Below are positions 34,580 through 46,600 of a stretch of 64,000 nucleotides of DNA, piece after piece. Positions within the stretch are counted from its first letter, which is position 1. Every line of letters begins with the position of its first letter. The notes below the pieces were generated by a model. The model saw only the letters and a list, made by a program, of their open reading frames with translations, did not search any database and was not told the DNA's origin. The DNA lies in the NCBI GenBank assembly GCA_004431415.1, contig QPMI01000658.1, forward strand, positions 142,314 to 206,313, read 5' to 3'. The position numbers were made by a program, and so were the translations under genes. Source of the stretch: Cyanophora paradoxa CCMP329 (Eukaryota; Plantae; Glaucophyta).

Positions 34580-36791
34580 ACAGCGCACTATAACACATTC
34601 TATAGTTCTAATAAAAAAGCTGTTAAGAAAAAATACTATACTACCGCTGAACGCTGACCGTCGACGTCGCGGACATGCGCAGGAGCGTCGTGCGCGCTGG
34701 GCTCGAGCTCGGGCGGCGCTCGCAATCGGCGGAAGGCGCTGCAGTCGACCGGCACCGGCGAGCTGATCGTGCGGCTGGGCGGCGCTTTCTCGGTCGAGCC
34801 CGGGGCCGTCCTCGGGCTCCAGCTGGACCTCCTCCCGCAGCGCTTCCGCTCCGTCTCCAACTCCGCCGTCGTCGAGATCGAGCAGGTGCGGCGACCCTAT
34901 AATTACTTCAACGCGTGGCGCGCAAGCTGATCACGCGCCCCCGACGCCCTCAGACGTCGATCCCCGTCGAGCAGCTCAAGTCTCAGCTGGCGTGGACGAA
35001 CCGCACCCTCGCGGCGGAGCTGGGGCAGCGCTCCGGATTCGCCGCCTTTCAGACCGGCCCGACGCCCGCCGACGCGTCTTCGTCCACGATCTCGCCCGGA
35101 GCGATCGTCGCCATCGCGCTCGGCAGCGCTGCGGCGGTGCTCGCCGTGGTCTGGGGCGTCCTGGCCTGGCGGCGCCTCTCCGGATATCGATCCGGACCCC
35201 GCCGCCCAGAGCTCGATCGGGATCGCGAACAGCGGCCGAACGCGGACGTCGTCCTCGTGCTCGGGGAGACTCGCGATCAGAGCAGGAGGCCGCCCGCGGG
35301 CACCGCCACTTTTTTTGTTTGAGATTGCAGATAAATTTTTGAGGCGTCCACAGCAAGCCCTCTTTCCTAGAAGCTTGAAGCCTTCACCTTGCATTTTTTT
35401 CCTAGGCCTTTTTCTGTCATTAAAAGCCTCGACCTTTTTTCCATTTTTTTCCAGTTCTTTTCCAGCTATATGCCAGGCTGGGCCCCGCTGGGCCCCGCCC
35501 CGCGGAATGCGCCGGCGCTTCGTGGACTCGCGAAGCGACGCACCTCGCATATTCGCGAAGCGACGCACCTCGGTAGTTCTTTAACTTGCATGCGACTCGA
35601 GGCTCGAGCTCGCTAGCGATTTCTATCGCGAATCGATTCGCGACCCGCGGCCGCGTGCCGAGCTCCAGCCTCCAGCTGCAGCCTGCAGGCTGCAGCCCTC
35701 AGCCTGCGCATGCAGGCTGCAGCCCGCGGCCTGCAGCTGCAGACTGCAGTCAACGTTAACGCCGCAGCGGCGCCGGCTGAGTGATCATGAGTTGACAGTG
35801 ACTCAGTGACTCGCAATCGCGACGCGCGCGCGACGCGCGTCCGACGGTCGCAACGGATGAGCTGTCCGAGGGTAGTGCAACTTCCAAAAAAAAACGAAAA
35901 CTTATGAGCTGTCGGGCAACTTCCAAAACAAACGAATGCGATATTGTTTTTTTCCTTCACTCGAACTCGGATGACGTTGCTCTAGATCTTAGCAGGTTGG
36001 ATCCTAGCAGTGGCTAGCACGTCGACAGTGACTCGACAGTGAGTCGACACTGCAGCTGCTCGCGAAAAAACGTCGGTCCCTACAACTCGCGATCGGTTTT
36101 TTCGCGAGCAGTGCGAGGTAGGCTCTTAGCAGGGTGGATCCTAGCACGGACCCGATCGAGTCCACTGCCGGACCACCGGCGTACCGGGTACTGGATCCGG
36201 ACCAGGCAGCGCATCACGGCGATCACGCTGCGCATGCCGCCAGTGCTACTCAGTGACTAGTACAGTAGTATGCCCGGCGCACTGCATGCGGCATGCGCAC
36301 GTGCACGGGCCCCTAAAGCCTAGTAGCTAGCCAGTACTAGTGGCCCGGCCGCGTTTTGGCGCGCCGGGGGTGCAAGGGGGGAATCTGGATCTAATGAAAG
36401 AGTAGTAGTGGATTGAACATGCACGGGGCAGATATAGATCGACCCCGGCCCAGCGCGCGCGGCAGGTTGAAGTAGACAGAGATTATATATGATTGTAAAG
36501 AGTAGGAAAGGGCTGTTATGCAGAGGCTGCGATCTAACCGAATAAAGAAAAGACTGAATGAACGGCCAGATTAAGCGCACTGTATATGAAAGATTGTTCT
36601 GGAGCGAAAAAACGCTGCGCATCATTTGTGTGCGCGCGGCCTACCGCTAACCCTGAACAGCTGGCTAAAAGATGATGGTGCTGTCTGCAGAGGGCTCGCC
36701 GTAAACATAGGCGATCCAGGCCTTCTGCAGGGGGTCGGGGCGGAAGTCGACCATGGGGGTGAGCGGCAGCCAGCGGCGCCGGTCCTGAAGA

Positions 36792-37223
36792 CTAACGACA
36801 GGGTACCGCCAGAGGAAGAGGTGACGATAAGCCTGTGGGAGGGCTTCTGTGGTCTTCAGCAGCCGCGAGTGCTTCGACTGTTGCTAAAGCGAAGGCGACG
36901 GCCTCCTCGCGGATGGGGGGGAAGCCAGGCCGGTCGGGGAGCTCGCGGACGAGGATGAGCAGGGGACTCTCAGCCGCTCCGAGCACGGACACGAGACCGG
37001 CGACGTCGGGGGCCGCTTCTGACGGCCAGGTGGACGCGGCTTGCCGGTATCCGTCCGGCGGGAGCACAAGCGCGACGGCGCCCGCAGAAAGCCGGCTGAG
37101 CGCGAGGCCGAGCCAGGAGGCGTCGTCGGCGGAGGCAACGACGAGCCCCCCAACAGCCAGAGGCGGTCCCGAAGCCGGCCGCGACATCACGTAGCAGCGG
37201 AAGACACTGTCGGCCACCTCCAT
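36792..37223 (-). CDS. Hypothetical 143-aa ORF carried inside the Helitron2-like element
   Basis: ATG-initiated ORF with alternating hydrophobic strand/helix-like pattern (GGLVVASADDASWLGLALSRLSAGAVALVLPP...LLILVRE). No recognised domain. Confidence 0.35.
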   Translation of the reverse strand: MEVADSVFRCYVMSRPASGPPLAVGGLVVASADDASWLGLALSRLSAGAVALVLPPDGYRQAASTWPSEAAPDVAGLVSVLGAAESPLLILVRELPDRPGFPPIREEAVAFALATVEALAAAEDHRSPPTGLSSPLPLAVPCR

Positions 37224-37736
37224 CGCGAAGGGGATCCCGGAGCTGCGGATGGTTCAGATGATGCTGACTTCAGAGACGGAGGCCGCTCGGCGGTCGCACC
37301 TGGTTCGACGCGTTACACTTGTGCTCGAGGTCCTCGCATGCTGGCGTGAGGAGCCTTCATTCAGTGCGCCGCTGAGGAGACGAATCACGGTGTACCCAAG
37401 GCCACGCCGCTGAAATTGATCTGCTGAAGCAGTAGCTGCGCGGGCCTCGTGTGTCGTTTGTTTGAGGACGGGAGATGAGGCAGTGTCCTAGCAGCACTCT
37501 GAGCGTGCCGCTCGCGTGTCCTAGCCGCTCGCAGAAGGGATAATTTTTAAGAAATTCCGTGCGGCGTACGCGGCGCAGTGCGAGAAAGTGGAAATCTAGA
37601 GGAGATCGAGCAAGACAGCTAGGGAGAAGTGGTTCCATGCAGAACCGCGCAACGAAGAGCAAGGCGTAAGCAACGCACTGCGAGGAAGCCGAAATCTACA
37701 GGAGACAGCTAGCTATAGGGAGAACTGGTTCCATGC

Positions 37737-37900
37737 AGAACCGCGGAAGGAATTCGAAGACCGGAATGAGAGAGAAGTTGCTTTCCAGGCTTCAGGTCAA
37801 GGAAAACTGGTCTTCGCTAGAACCGCGGAAGGAATTCGAAGATCGGAATGTGAGAGAAGTTGGTTTCCAGGCTTCAAGTCAAGGAAAACTGGTCTTCGCC
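37737..37900 (+). repeat. ~82-bp tandem repeat x2 inside the Helitron2-like element
   Basis: agaaccgcggaaggaattcgaaga...ggaaaactggtcttcgc occurs twice with a few substitutions. Confidence 0.9.
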
Positions 37901-38385
37901 CTCGAAAACCTTTTTTGCATGGACGGCCGCAGCGACAAACACGTGTCGCTGCAAGCGAATTTCCACCCATTTTTTTCCCGCGTTGCAAACTGGACCTCGA
38001 AAACGGCCTCATAGAAGAATTTTGGCTGAAGCGAGGGAACGGGAAGCAAGGGGGGGAAGACCTTCGGTCTTCTTTTCCCCCCTTGCAACTACGGCACCGG
38101 TACCGGGGTAGTAGGACTCTAGCCTACCGCGGGGCCGGTACCGGTAGGACTCCGTACTACGTATATACGTTAGGGGCCTTGCCAGGCTTGCGCTAGGGCC
38201 AAGTACAACTAGTAGTTCAACGGTTGCAGCCAAGGTGCAGGTGGGCTCGAGCTCCCGGGTCCTTGACAGTGTTGACACGGCGTGCGAGTGACGGCGCGGG
38301 GTGTGGCGCAGGCGCGTGCGTGATTACACGATCTCGAGCGCTTCTTATTCTTTCTTCAAGGACTAGACCACGTATCTTGGCGAAG

Positions 38386-39301
38386 ATGGTGTTCTCGCCT
38401 TTAATGTATTTCAACAACTCCTCGACCGGTCCGTGCGATTTCTCAAGAGCGTGCCGCGCATGCAGCATGTACAGTGCCCGCCGCGCAGGCGCACGCAATT
38501 GACAATGCGCATGCAGACTACGCCTGCTTCAAGACGTCCGACTGCAGCGGCAGTGGGAACGGCTACTCGGGGAAAACCTATGACAAGATCAATGCAGCTG
38601 CCGAGTGCTGGGCCGGAGGGCTACCTACGTAAAGTGGGGCCCCGACTCGAACTCGAACACGATTTGTAAGAGCGTGACCGACTCGGACTTCAAAGCCGGT
38701 GCGAAAATCTGGTTTCGCATGATCATGTCTAGATCTGCCTGCGCATATGCATGCGCACTGACTTCGCAAAGGCTTTAAATGTTATTCTGGGAGCACCTGC
38801 TCGGAAAGCACTCTGCAAGCTGATTTCACAAGCGGAAGCTACCTCCTTGACTATGCTAGCACAATGTGCAACCTTTACGGGCAGTACTGCAACTCCTTCA
38901 AATTCAATGGCGTGTGCATCCAAAAGAAAACGACGAATTGCAGCTCCAATTGCTCATATAGGACGACGACGACGAAACTCGACGACGATACTCAGGTGCA
39001 CCCCCTCGAAAAATAAATTAAATTAAACCTGCATGAATTGAGACGTGGCCTGGAAATCTAACCGACGAGCTTGCTATATATGCCATCGGCAGGTCGTGGG
39101 TGGTGAGGATCCGGAGGAGGCCGAGATGGATGCTGCGGAGATCGAGGTGGAGGCGGAAGCGGAGGCCGCGGTGCGCCCTCTCCCGCGGCTGACTCCTCAG
39201 ACTCGATCGCGAGCTCGCCGCGACAATCGCAATCTGAGGCGCCGCGACAGATGCTTGCAATTGCGGACGCTGAGGGCGCCGACTTCGACGCCTGCGCGTG
39301 A
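38386..39301 (+). CDS. Second copy of the small Cys-rich/acidic protein gene (copy B)
   Basis: Near-identical to 22780-23695. One G is missing in a G-run near 38620 (likely sequencing error). Confidence 0.6.
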
Positions 39302-41200
39302 TAAATACGCATACCGTAGTACCGCAAACTCCAGCAGCCGAGGCGTGACAAGACTATAGCTATATATATATAGCTAGCACTCTCTCTGAGATTCTCCTTT
39401 ACCCGTGCACGTGCCGCAGTGCAGCTTACTTGATTGTATCGTGCTAATGGCTCAGACGGCATGATCATGATCGTGAGACTTCGATTTCGGATGGTTTGTG
39501 ACCGTTGAACAGATGCACGCGTATGCATGCACAACTTGGCAAGGTCATCGATTTTTTTTGCAAAAGCCCAACCGGGCAATGTTCGTATTAAAATGACAAC
39601 AACAGCCTCCCCGTCGGCGGCATCGAACTGGGGGGGCACCTTATCTTGCTCTAAGGCTCTGCTACCATGCTACCACAACTTAGCTAGCAACGTGTTGAGC
39701 TGGAGCGGGGAGGTCCTAAGGGTGCTGTCGTCCGTGGCCCTGTGGGGGGGGAGGGGGAGGGGGGGAGGGCACTTCCGGCCAGGTTGGGCGTAGGGAAGGG
39801 GTGAGGAGAAGAGGGGTGCGGGGGAGAGGGGTCTCGGAGGAAAATTAAGCTAGCTGCCACGGCCCGAGTGCCGCCGCCGGGGGCGGGGGCGGGGCGCTGG
39901 AGGGCGGCCGGGGCGGGGCGCGGGAGCCGGGGGCGGGGGTGGGGTGCTGGAGCCGGGGGGCGGGGGGCGGGGCGCTGGAGCCGGAGGGCGGGGGCGGGAC
40001 GCTGGCGCCGGCGGCAGGGGCCGGCATGGAAGCCGGGTCCGGGCGAGCCTCGTCTGGCTCTGGGGGGGGGGGACCGAGCGTACACGTCTCTGTACCGACC
40101 TCGGGGAGGAGGAGTCCGGGTGGGCGCCCTTTGGGCCCAGGCCGGGGGAGAGGGGGCGGGGGCGTGGGCCCGCGGGGCCTGGGCTCTGGGCGGGGGAGGG
40201 ACCGGCGCGGGGCGCTAGGGAGTAGGACGTGGGCGCACCCTGCCGTTGTTGTATATCGGACGGCGCCGACGGCCCCGTCGCGCGGCGAGCTCGAGGCGGA
40301 GGGGAGAGGTCGAGATGCAGGGCGAGATCTGCAGGCGCGCGGGCACGTTCTGTAAGGATGGGGCGGCGCGCGCGGCGCCTGCAGCATGGCGGCGGCGTTC
40401 GAGGAGCAGCGGCGGCGGCGCGCGACGGCGGGAGCGTCAGTTTAGAGAGCTGGTGGTTATCGGACATCTGCTATGCGGCGGGTGGCGTGTAAGTGGCCGG
40501 GACGGGCCGTGGCGCATGCGCGGCGATGGCGGGAAACCGGGCGAGGTCTAGGCGGCCGACCGGCGCCGTTTGCGCGTTCTAGGGCTGTAGTATTATACCG
40601 GGAGCGGCAGCGTGCTGTCTGTACTTCCCGCGCGGGGTGCCGGCGAGGTCCTCGACATTCAAAAAGTGGCTCGATGATGTCGGCGGGGCTCCACGACGCT
40701 CCGGGGGCGGGCTGCCGGCTTCGGCGGTCGTGCTGGACGGTGATGTGCTCGTGTCGCCTGGCGGGCTGCGCCCGGCTGGCCTAACTAGCGTTGTCGGTCC
40801 ACGGGGGTCGGGTGGAGCTGGCGCGCGACTTTCCGAGCAGCTTGACACGCGGCGTTATCAGGCACCCACGGGTGGGAAGCCTGGCCCGCCGCGCTGCCGT
40901 AATCGTCGCGCGTAATATACCGACTGTAAGTAACAGTAAGTGGGCTATAGCTGTTGTCAAATTCAAATAAGCACTAGCTATAGTCTGACTGCCTCGGGTC
41001 CGGAGGCTCTAGAACTGATCATAAATCGAGCTGCAGCTCGATTCAGAGTCAGCGAAGAAGAGAGAGGGAGGGAGCCGGGCCAGTCAGTCTTCTTCTTCTT
41101 CTGCTTCTGCTTCCCACCCACCCACCCGTCCGTCCGTCTCACCTGGACGGCGCCCTTGAGCTGCGCCCGCTCGCCGCAGTCCGAGTTCGAAGTTCGGCGG

Positions 41201-43515
41201 TCACATGACCGCGCAGGCCTCGCAGCCCTTCTCCGTTTTGCAGACGGGGCAGCCCTTCGAGAACAGCGAAGTGAGCCCAGGCGGCCAGCGAGGGCCCCGC
41301 GGCCGGGCGCTGGCAGGGCGGGGCAGCCGGGCGCTGGCGGGGCGGACCTTGCAGCCGGTGGCCTGGTGCCGCTTGCGGGTCGCCTCGATGAAGCGCTCGA
41401 GCTGCTTCTCGTCCATGGCCTGCGCGGGGGCGGCGTCGGCGGCGGCGGCGCCGCGAGTCGAGGGCGCGGGGCCGGCGCCACGCACGTCGAAGTCCGGCAC
41501 CTCTCTGCCCTTGGGCGAGGGCGAGGGCGTGGCCCCCTCTGGCCCGCGGGCGAGGGCGCGGGCGCGGGCGAGGCCGCGGGGAGGCCGCCTGCGAACGAAG
41601 AAGTTTCGGCGAACGAAGTTTCGGCTATAAATAGCCGGGGGTACCGGAGGCGCGAGGGAGTCGGGGCGGTGGGGGCGGCGCCGTTGGGAGGTGGGGCGCC
41701 CCCGGGGCCCGCCGGAGGGCGGCCTCAAGGCGCTGCGCGTGCTCCCGGTGGTGCCCGGCCCCGCCGCCCCGCCGGGCCCGCCGCCTGCAGCGCCGCCTCG
41801 AGCTGCGAGGTGCGCGCCAGCCACTCCTTGATCTCCCGCACCTGGCCCTCCAGCGCCGCGGCGCCGCCGCCTTCCGCCCCGCCCCCGCCCCCGCCCCCGG
41901 GCGGAGTGGAGGGCGGCGAGGAGGGACACCAGGTTGGAGACGAAGGACTCGCGCTCGGCGCGGAGGCCGCGCTTGCCGCGCACGCGCTCCGCCAGCGTCT
42001 CGATGCGGTCCCGTGTCTCCGCCAGCTCCGCCGACGCCCGCTGCAGGCCCTCCCGCCTCTCCTCCAGGTCCTGCGCCCGCCGCAAGCCAAGCCCACCTCA
42101 GAGTAAAGAAGAAGAAGAACGAGGAACTAGCTCGGCTTAATCAAACTAGCCAAATGAAGAACTAGAGCTCAGGATCGATGGGTGGGCGGACGCACGCGGG
42201 TGCGGGCGCGGAGGGCGTCCTTGAGCGCGTTGAGCTTCTCGACGGGGAAGCCGAGCTCGGCCTGCTTCTTCTGCTCGGCCGCCCTCAGAGTCAGCGAAGA
42301 AGAGAGAGGGAGGGGGAGAGCGAAGAAGAAGAGAGAGGCCTAGGAGGGAGCCGAGCTATCTATCTAACCAGCTTTCTGGATCTATCTAGTCTTCTTCTTC
42401 TGCTTCCCACCCACCCGTCCATCCGTCTCACCTGGACGGCGCCCTTGAGCTGCGCCCGCTCGATGGCGCACTCCTCGAGGCCCTCCTTCTGCTTCTCGAC
42501 GGCCTTGCGGATCTCCTTGAGCACCGAGCGCAGCGTGACGACGTGCCCGGCCAGCATGTCGTACACCTGCGCGGCGGCCGCTGAGCGGGAGCCGGGAGCT
42601 GGGCGGGGCTGGGCTGGAGCCTGGGCTAGGCAAAGAGGCAATCTCGTTTATCTATCGATCTATCTAGCTGCCGAGGGGCGGCTGAGGGCGAGCCGAGGGC
42701 GGGGGGGGCGGGGCGGGGCGGGGCTAGGCAAAGAGTTCAGGAACGCTATAACCATCTTATATCTTGACTGTCTTGAGAACTATCTTAAGCCTGAGATACT
42801 TTCAATGTTCCTCTGACCTGCTTGGCGGCAGCAAGCTCCTGGTACTTCTCCTGCGCCGTCTCCCGGAACCGCGCGTCCTGCAGCTCCGCCACCATCCCCT
42901 CGTACTCCGTCCGCCGCGCCTGATTAGAAGAGTGAGCGAGAGGGGTACAGGGAGGAGTAGGGGGGTACGCGGCGCGCTCGCTTGCCTGGAGCTCGTCGTT
43001 CTTTGCGAGAATGAGGAGGCGGAGGCCGGTGACCTTGCGCGCCGCTGCTTCCAGCTCGCCCCGCCGCACCTGCCGCCCCGCACGGGGAGAGGTCAGAAGA
43101 CACCGGGCGCCTCCTTTCTACCCGTGTACCCCGGCGCGCCCCTTCCATCCGTCCTCACCTGGAGGCGGCGGGCGATCTCGGCCGAGGCCTGCTTGTGCAC
43201 CTCCGCAGGCGACATCTGCCGCCCCGTCGGCTTGGTTGGTTGGTTGGAGGGGGGGGGAGGAGGGGGGTACGCACGCCGGAGAGGTCCGCGCCGAGCGAGG
43301 CGACGAGCTCGATGAGGGGCTCCCCGGCGGTAGAGAGATCGAGGAGCCGGCCTGCGCCATCGACGGAGACGGGAGATGAGGAGGGCTCGGCGGCGGCGAC
43401 GCTGCCGCGCTCGGGGCGGGGCGGGCGGGGCGGGGTCGGCGGGGGCTACCGGGGCCTTGGAGACCTGCTCGAAGGTCTTCTGCAGGTCTTCCTTCAGCGC
43501 CAGCAGCTTCTCGTG
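41201..43515 (-). pseudogene. Second 5'-truncated copy of the coiled-coil/CaaX gene (copy B)
   Basis: Collinear with 25578-27915 and truncated at the junction at 43650. Confidence 0.7.
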
Positions 43516-43650
43516 CTCCGCCCTGCGCCCCGGCTGCTTGAGGGGACGGGGGAGGGGGGGGGGGGGGGGGGCTGGCTGGCTAGGGGGCCGCTAGGACGCT
43601 AGGCTAGAACGAGTGGGAGGGAAGCTAGGAGGGACGGTAGTGGGAGGGAA

Positions 43651-46600
43651 GCTAGCGCTGCGTCGTAGGCGCGTTAGCGAGAATGGCCCCTGAATCGGTT
43701 GCAGAGGAGGTCAAGCGTAGTTTACGATGGCCAGCGATACATATACGCGCAAGGCGGTACGCGCTTGGCCGTGCTTCGAATTCGCTTAAGCTTTCACTGC
43801 CGATTAGCGTCGACGTACTAAGTTCGTTCATGCTCAATGACAGGATACCATCCCGCGGACGGATCCCTCAAAAATTCTGTTCTACGTTTTGGTGCGCGAG
43901 CATTCGCAATCGCCGCAGGCTTAGGTCACGAACGTTGAATGGCTTTACCCCCAGATCTTCAAACCCTTGCCGGGACCGCGGTGTGGACCAGCGCATCTGA
44001 CCGCAAGAGAAACGCGCAATGCGCAGTGCGTAATCTAATGCATCTGCTTTGTTACGAAGCCACCGCGGATGATGACGACTCGCGCGTTGTTGTAGGGCTA
44101 CCATGACGGCAAGATAGCTTTCACGGGCGGTCACGGCGGATCATTCAGGAACGGTGAGGCATAGCTTGAGCGCTTATATATTAAGCTTGCAATTGCATCC
44201 GCTGGACGCCAACGACTTCCGTTCGTTCCAGACCTGGCCCTGTTTGACACTACCGGCAACACGTGGTCGACGAAGTTTGCAGAGGCGGCCGACTCCGGTG
44301 CCATCGGAGAAGGGCGCATCTGCGCGATCCTCGGCGTTTGGCGGCGGGACGCCAGCGTGTCCCTGACCGGAATGAGGTAGGTTCTAGATGCGAAGACCGA
44401 CTCGCGTTTTCGCCGAATGGACCCAATTGAGAGACGGCTCAGATACGCCAACCTTTCGGGTTCCCCGACCGCTTGGACGAACCCCTACTCCGGCTCGCCG
44501 ACTGTCCCGCCGTCCCGAATGTTTCCCTGGTTTGTTGTAAGATCCGAGCGACCATGCGGCTGTCGCCAATTTAATTTGATCATGGAGCTTAAGACTGGAT
44601 CTAGAGAGATTATATTAAAACGTTTCGAGCGCAGGCACTGGGTGATGACGGTGAACTCGTACCCGATGTGGGTGCGGCCGGCCGCTTGTTTGTATCTTAA
44701 CTAGCTTTCGGCCCCCGTTCTGAATTGATCTCCGTTCACCTCATGATCAGGTCGTCGTCGGAGGGTTCGAAAAACAGTCGGGGCCGAAGTTCTACACTCG
44801 AACCGACGCTTGGGTATATCCGCATTCAAATTTGAGCGTCTTCATTAATCGGTATCGTACACACTGACAAATGCGGCAGGTTTTCAGGCGCCGGCCCCGT
44901 GCGTTTATCTTTTCGTAACTGCTCCGGACATCGAAATTAAAGTACGTCGCGATTTAGAGCTTTAAAGCTCACTGTCCTTCAGATTGTATGAACGTCTGTG
45001 GTTCAAGCGGGTGGCAGAAGCTGAACGTCAGCGGCGCGTTCCCGATGACAGCAGGTTCGAATTCGTCTAGGACGGCTCGCGATCGCCAGTCATTACCACC
45101 TGTACGCGAGCTCATTCGTCTCCTTCCCGCTTTGCAGAGGGCGCAGGGGGGTATTTCCCTTCCCTCAAACGCGCCTATCTGTTTGGAGGACGGACTCGGA
45201 CTGCCGGGGGCAATTATTATGCCTACGAACTCGTCAACGATCTCTACCAGATTGACGTCTCAGGTGCAATGCGTGATTCTAGATCTATAGTGTAGCGACG
45301 TGCGCGAAAGCGGTCTAACCTCGCGGCAGTCTCCTCCGACTGTCCCTGCTCCCGGCGCCGGCTCACGGAACAAGACGACTCTATGCATACGGAATCCTCC
45401 GCCAAGGCCGGCCGCGCGCTGCTGCAGGACGGCGGTTTGTTGAGCGCGTTAAAGAATTTATCGTCCTTGATGCTGGGCGCAGAGCCGGACCCGAGCTTCG
45501 TGACGACGGAGAACCCCGTCGACATGCGGCTTGCGGCGGCCGCGAACGCGACCAGCGGGCCAGAGGACCCGACCGCGCTCCTCAGCGCCGACGCGGAGCG
45601 CTACGACACCAGGTGGACCATGGACCGGCAGGCGACGCTCGCCGCGCTCGAGCCGCAGGCCCGCAAGTCCCTCGAAGCCCTGTCCGGTACTTTTAGCTTT
45701 GAATTCTTTGCAAATTCGAGCGCTGTACATGTCCGAGCGATCTCTCACGCAAAACGTTCATCAGCGATGCGCGAGGCGCAAATCATGGCGTTTGCCCAGC
45801 TGCGTCCTGCGGAGTCGGCACAGGGCGCGCGCTCGTACAACGGCGAAAACGGGACCACCGCAATCGTCATCGACCGAAGTGCGCGGGGGCGGTTTAAAAA
45901 AACTTTGGAGGCTTTGAGAACCGCCGGTCGCTGACAAGGATCGGACCTCAGGTGTCGGGAGCTGCCCGCCTGACCGCAAATTCGCGGGCGCGCTGGGAAG
46001 GACCAAGCTGCCCACGCTAGCGACCTGCCTAGCTGGAGCTGCCCCCAACCAGCCGAGCGCGACCGCCGATTTCGACGTTGCGGTCTGCTCCATTGTCGTC
46101 CCCGTGGCAAACGCAGTGCAGGTGCCTCATCCTCAAGTTTACTCCCCGTTCGCGCTGCCGGACTGCTGATTCTCGTACAAACAGGTGTCGCTTCCAATTA
46201 CGAAGTCGGGGCTCTACCGGTTCCGGGCGCACGACGAGACCGCCAACTCCCCGACGTCACTCGCCATCGATCTCCGCAGCGATGGGTCGTGCGCCCCAAT
46301 CGCCTGCAGCAGGCCGTCCCCGGGTGCGGTTTGTCGTTCGGGATGCGTTTTTCGACGCAATTTAGCAAGCCTTTCCCTCAGGCGACGCGACCGAGCTCTG
46401 GGCGCTGCTGTACGAGAACAGCACGGTGAACGTCAACGTCGCGGCCGTGGCCAGCGGCGCCGCCGGCGCCAACGCGAGCTGCCCGCCGTCGGACGCCGCC
46501 GTGCTCGACGTTTCGTTCGAGGTGCCCGACGACCTTTTCCTTTTGACTTTTCAAATTATCAACAGTTGAATAATAACAACCTAATATAAAGCCATGCATA

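Larger units (their letters stand above)
28045..35322 (+). pseudogene. 5'-truncated copy of the Kelch/beta-helix/TM gene (copy B), further disrupted by an exonic retro-insertion and a duplication
   Basis: Starts inside an intron of the Kelch region, with no promoter or signal peptide. Insertion at 30386-30758 and duplication at 34140-34579. Confidence 0.8.
36337..38088 (-). mobile_element. Non-autonomous Helitron2/Helentron-type rolling-circle element (1752 bp)
   Basis: Absent from copy A (empty site ccagta|ctacggc). On the minus strand it starts TTGCAAGGGGGGAA, which folds into a 5' hairpin (38046-38086), and ends with a subterminal perfect 13-bp inverted copy (36371-36383), a GC hairpin (36344-36368) and CTAG. 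This matches the asymmetric-TIR architecture of Helitron2. No Rep/helicase ORF. Confidence 0.8.
28045..43650 (+). repeat. Tandem segmental amplification, copy B (15.6 kb, carries five private insertions/duplications)
   Basis: Collinear with copy A. The A/B and B/C junctions are the same (...gggagggaa|gctag|cgctgcg, GCTAG microhomology). Confidence 0.97.

Noticed and set aside
36337-38088. Fanzor/TnpB cargo with omega-RNA in the Helitron2-like element
   Set aside because: No RuvC or zinc-finger motifs, and no ORF long enough, could be seen.
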